A stretch of 64,000 nucleotides of DNA from Schmidtea nova (lineage: Eukaryota), in the NCBI GenBank assembly GCA_044892505.1, contig CM097882.1, forward strand, positions 434,806,001-434,870,000, written 5' to 3'. Positions within the stretch are counted from its first letter, which is position 1. The number at the start of each line of letters is the position of its first letter. The notes under the pieces are model-generated. The model saw only the letters and a list, made by a program, of their open reading frames with translations, searched no databases and had not been told where the DNA came from. Of this stretch, positions 61,101-64,000 are shown in pieces. A program made the translations under genes and the position numbers.

Positions 61101-64000
61101 TTTTTATAGTCGTTATATCGTTACCATTGTATGTTCCTTTTGCGTATGCGTGTACTTTTTCAACTAATGCACCGAGTATTTCCAGTGCATGTTTACTATT
61201 CTCGAATTCCGGTAACAATTCTTTTGCTTTTTCTTGTATCGCATCTAGTCTAGCTTGGTATGGTGCTTCTGCTTTGAAGAGTGGTGTGAGTTTCTTGTTA
61301 CTTTCTCTTTCTTTTTTCTCTAAAACCTGTTTGCATTTTTCGGGATGGTTTAAGATTTTTACTAATTCCTCATATTCGCTTACTATCGTCTGGTATTTCT
61401 CGTTAAAATTGTTTATGTCTTTGTATGTTATTAGTTTATCAAGTGGTTTCGCACACCATTTCCTAATCTTATTGAATAAGGCTTCCTTCTCTTTATCGAA
61501 TTTGTATTCTTCTTCATTCTTTGTGATGTTTATGTTTCCTCTGTCTAATAAGGTTAGTAATGTCTTCTGATCACAAGTAAATTTCAAAAGGTATCTTAAC
61601 AGTGCGTTTTGTCCTTCGCTGTATACTTCGTTTATGTCTAAGACCCATGTATCATCTTCTGGTCGTTTCCATTTGATTAACTTACGGATCGTGTTGCATT
61701 TACCAATTTTGATTGCCTCTTTGATAATGTCTCCTTTAACTAGTTCGTCTATCTCCCAAGTGGAGTTAGCTATTATGTATTTCAGCATTGGTTGGTGAGA
61801 ACTCCATATTACGTGATTTAGCACTGTTTTGTCTTCTCTATCTCGTTCTGTCCAACTGAAATGAGCTTTTATCAATAGGTCTATCATTTCTTTATCTGCT
61901 TGGTGGATTGCGGCTGTCATTAATGGAGTTTCTTGTTCCCGATTCCCTACGTCCAAGTTTTGGTTTGTTTCTTTTGCGATTTTTAGGAATTCTTTTGCTC
62001 TTTCAATGGTTTTACACTCTATCGCATTATGTAAGGCTGGTTGTCCTCCTACATCTTTCAATAAGAGTATTTCAGGGATTTTTTCCAATAGTTCAGAAAT
62101 AATTGGTTCGGTTGGTAATCCTTGTGCGTAACGGCTAATTATATGTCTAATATCCCTTGATATGTCTGCTTCGTCTCTAACATGCCATCTTCCCATTATC
62201 TCTCTCGCCTTCAATATGATTTCTTTATTTCTGATTTCTTTTTGCCTTATTTCTGCTTTGTCGTCTTCAGTTGCATTAGCTCTGAGCATATTTATCCTGG
62301 CTGTTTGTGATCTAGTTATTATTCGATTTTCTGGTGTTGTAGTTATCGTTTTAGGCACCTTCTTACATCTGCAGGTGTTTACATATATGGGTCGTATTAA
62401 CGGTCGATTTATTAGCTTAACTTTGACATTGTTGTCCTTTTTGTATATAATTTCATAAGGTCCTCTTCCAGGTCTTTGGAGTTTCTTAACAGTTCCTGGT
62501 ATTATTTCGGGAGTTTCTATTATCACCCAATCTCCTGGTTTTAGGTCGTTCGCTTTAACATTTTTCTTCTGGTCGTGTAAATCCTTATAACTTTCCTGAT
62601 AAAATTTAATGTTGAGTTCTGCCGTTTTCCATATCTCCTGCATTCTTTCTTTGAATTTGGTTACGTAGTCGTCATCTTCCATATATTGCGCTAATGGTGG
62701 CTGATACTCTAAATCTATGGGCATGTTGCATTCTCTTCCATACATAAGTTGAAATGGGCTTAGTTTTGTTGCTGCATGTATCGACATTCGGTATGCCATT
62801 AAACATAATTTTATATATGCGTCCCAATCAGTCTGATGTCTGCTGACGTAATTTGATAACATTCTGATCAATGTACCATTGAATCGCTCCGTTTGTCCAT
62901 TCGTTTGCGGGTGATATGGTGAAGTTCTCAATTTTGCTATTCTGAAATAGTTTGTTACCTCGTTCAATAACTCACTCATAAAATTAGTTCCTTGGTCTGT
63001 GAGTATTTGTTTTGGAGTTCCGTATCTGCAACATATTTCTTCCACTAAAATTTTTGCTACAGTTTTTGCTTTTTGGTCTTGCATGGCAAATGCTTCCGGG
63101 AATTTTGTCAGATAATCTGTTATCACCAATATATAAATATTTCCGTTTAGACTTTCCGGTAATGGTCCTATTACGTCCATTGCTATAGTTGTCATTGGCT
63201 CTGCTGGTATCGGCATTGGTTGTAGCGGGTTTTTCCATTTCCTCCCACTATCCTTTCTGGTTGCACAAGTTAGACAATTTTTAATCCATTCCTTTATATC
63301 TTCTTCCATTGTTCGCCAATAATATTTTTGTCTCATACGATTTATTGTCTTCTTCTCGGACATATGACCTCCTAATTTCCCATCATGGTACTGGATCATT
63401 ATCTCTTTCCTTCTGTTTTCCGGTAAACACATCAATCTCTTTTCTCCGTCTTGTATTAACAACCATCCTTTATTTATTATGTAGCGATGTTGATATTTCC
63501 CTATATGTTCCTTTAATTCCTTATTATCCTTGAATACCTCCATATTTCGAGACGTTAGGAACTCTATGATCTGTCCCAATTCTTTGTCTTCCTGTTGATC
63601 TTTCTTTAACTCACTAAAATCTAAATCCTCCGCTATTAATACACAAATTCGTTGTACATCAGGATCGGTTAATTCCGGAAATGTCAGTCTTGACATACAA
63701 TCTGCATTCGCATTCGCTCGTCCTGATTTAAATTTTATGTCTGGTGAGTACTCCTGTAACTGCATTGCCCATCGCATTAATCTACTGGATGTTTCCTTGT
63801 GCTGTCCTAACCATACAAGTGGTTGGTGATCTGTTGTTATGCAGATGATGTGTCCCCATAATAGGTATTTAAAATGTTTAATTGCTAATATAATCGCTAA
63901 TGCTTCTCGCTCTGTCACTGAATAATTTTTCTCATGCTTTTTGAATGTCCGGCTATAATATCCGATTACCCGTTCCTTTCCTTCGTCGTCGTATTGTCCT
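58108..64000 (-). CDS. pol: Pol polyprotein: RNase H - integrase (HHCC, DDE, GPY) - ankyrin clusters - acidic linker - signal - 4 FN3-like repeats - TM - tail; open to the window edge
   Basis: EREALA, TDHQPL, YHDGKLGGH..CLTC, AMDVIGP, LTDQG, TERFNG, GRGPY; GQPALHNA, ETPLMTAA, IMPIHRAL, GDTLMVFAA; LLLLTMIITLINPSQG; LIGLGILTATIPVIIALSAIWI-RK. Confidence 0.93.
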   Translation of the reverse strand, partial: GQYDDEGKERVIGYYSRTFKKHEKNYSVTEREALAIILAIKHFKYLLWGHIICITTDHQPLVWLGQHKETSSRLMRWAMQLQEYSPDIKFKSGRANANADCMSRLTFPELTDPDVQRICVLIAEDLDFSELKKDQQEDKELGQIIEFLTSRNMEVFKDNKELKEHIGKYQHRYIINKGWLLIQDGEKRLMCLPENRRKEIMIQYHDGKLGGHMSEKKTINRMRQKYYWRTMEEDIKEWIKNCLTCATRKDSGRKWKNPLQPMPIPAEPMTTIAMDVIGPLPESLNGNIYILVITDYLTKFPEAFAMQDQKAKTVAKILVEEICCRYGTPKQILTDQGTNFMSELLNEVTNYFRIAKLRTSPYHPQTNGQTERFNGTLIRMLSNYVSRHQTDWDAYIKLCLMAYRMSIHAATKLSPFQLMYGRECNMPIDLEYQPPLAQYMEDDDYVTKFKERMQEIWKTAELNIKFYQESYKDLHDQKKNVKANDLKPGDWVIIETPEIIPGTVKKLQRPGRGPYEIIYKKDNNVKVKLINRPLIRPIYVNTCRCKKVPKTITTTPENRIITRSQTARINMLRANATEDDKAEIRQKEIRNKEIILKAREIMGRWHVRDEADISRDIRHIISRYAQGLPTEPIISELLEKIPEILLLKDVGGQPALHNAIECKTIERAKEFLKIAKETNQNLDVGNREQETPLMTAAIHQADKEMIDLLIKAHFSWTERDREDKTVLNHVIWSSHQPMLKYIIANSTWEIDELVKGDIIKEAIKIGKCNTIRKLIKWKRPEDDTWVLDINEVYSEGQNALLRYLLKFTCDQKTLLTLLDRGNINITKNEEEYKFDKEKEALFNKIRKWCAKPLDKLITYKDINNFNEKYQTIVSEYEELVKILNHPEKCKQVLEKKERESNKKLTPLFKAEAPYQARLDAIQEKAKELLPEFENSKHALEILGALVEKVHAYAKGTYNGNDITTIKKEMPVAFLLPKDGIMPIHRALRNGKDRKVMEIARVMLNCGSNMNMIDEKGDTLMVFAARARTKTKVLEELYKAGAGLTGKTDKDNSILDVALLTHNWEMVNFIKTVPNQEEIDHLTDTVKKPSVLAMMNNVELTESILTWINPNTNEPAFRINKFTEHNQNWCIRSALITYKWPEILKMFMERKDLKITTSPKEEKYTGKWKELMKTYINNWIKAKKEILEHKSTNKVIPEQVETQEFEASNLTTLAYAKLIEEINVEDDIFDEPGGDDNTDSDDGNNSENSSDHEPPDKEENERKDKKRDKEGKKGEDEKQRDEGREQGTNDQGDKNDTQRTGYKSTIKPFFKPELLLLTMIITLINPSQGMTCEERAIIQIKNAKGIERVCWSKKDKTTEQNSPMDCRISKHEQEIIEINDLDLDTWYKICTVRKQKHPRSHNTIACAKYQTPKAAMTIQQSPKGDYILGKCGRTETQGTENKKPQVIDKQTTPTIRITIKRPEARVATNETERVSYQMEVLCLALILIMIKRLEEGIEIETMTITEVEDTQNTNIKCWARNNEEIGVNEIRKSRKPTTNKVIKVSEVKADKTYKLCLLEKETNKKGTTKCKTFQPGEVIKFRRRTRKRNKQIKQKLNITLEIKEIEPNVKGVCWRKYEKETNERKTPQCRTSTGATTIQIKGLESKQTYEICLVKKNDQITINDLECGIYTTSSGTRTKTLTRKNKRKQRNKGKPKYTTTLKSDKQPTNQKVTTKPERKTSATLTLWKIENKTLEICWIIVQKHIRRQSRKCRKTNKEIKIEKLQFNSEYEVCTIEKTDALGNQQERCETYYTPANATSKGITRKLEFRELSQTNEQMNAEKTITDPQAKRTPEEVIKEVKRKQEEREQLMRKLKGQYGIMFNQSESIQTDENKEIKELIGLGILTATIPVIIALSAIWIRKISPRKSTTQWLNIDNTSHGVERLEAREEPKSTRNKKEAKIAKLGMNNKDKELKEIKGEEKKI

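Larger units (their letters stand above)
49451..64000 (-). mobile_element. Element 1: giant Ty3/Gypsy (Burro-like) retrotransposon, 3' part; continues beyond the window
   Basis: RNaseH-INT polyprotein followed by six collinear same-strand ORFs, a PPT-like site and a putative LTR. Confidence 0.85.

Noticed and set aside
53372-63533. Many long hydrophobic plus-strand ORFs (e.g. 55203..56300, 57293..57742, 60794..61570)
   Set aside because: Antisense shadows of A-rich minus-strand genes; F/L/S/V-rich with no motifs

Overview
This is AT-rich metazoan nuclear DNA. It has spliceosomal introns, (TA)n tracts and two N-gaps. A flatworm/planarian host is plausible but is inference only. The window is almost entirely transposon-derived, and the only clear host gene is the last two exons of an RGS gene (8105-8774). 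Ordinary TE content includes two CsRn1-like Ty3/Gypsy copies, an intact mariner, a full-length SPIN/Buster-type hAT, and hAT, pogo, BEL/Pao and Polinton relics. The main result is on the minus strand at 49451-64000: the 3' part of a giant, A-rich Ty3/Gypsy element, resembling planarian Burro elements in size and style. Its Pol runs in frame from RNase H and integrase into two ankyrin clusters, then an internal signal peptide, four Cys-type FN3-like repeats and a TM helix. Next come a second signal/FN3/TM ORF, an intronless full-length TRAF (RING, zinc fingers, coiled coil, MATH), coiled-coil and TM ORFs, and a putative 3.2-kb LTR that itself carries two ORFs. Most accessory ATGs lie 0-3 nt after a YAG splice-acceptor-like site. 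A second, different Gypsy element (37.6-43.2 kb) also fuses integrase to a signal/FN3/TM module, and it carries a REX4/ISG20-like exonuclease with acidic catalytic residues changed to Lys. Also present are a chuvirus-like class III glycoprotein fragment and a ubiquitin-like domain in frame with a BEL/Pao Gag. All domain calls come from motif recognition by eye; no database search was run.
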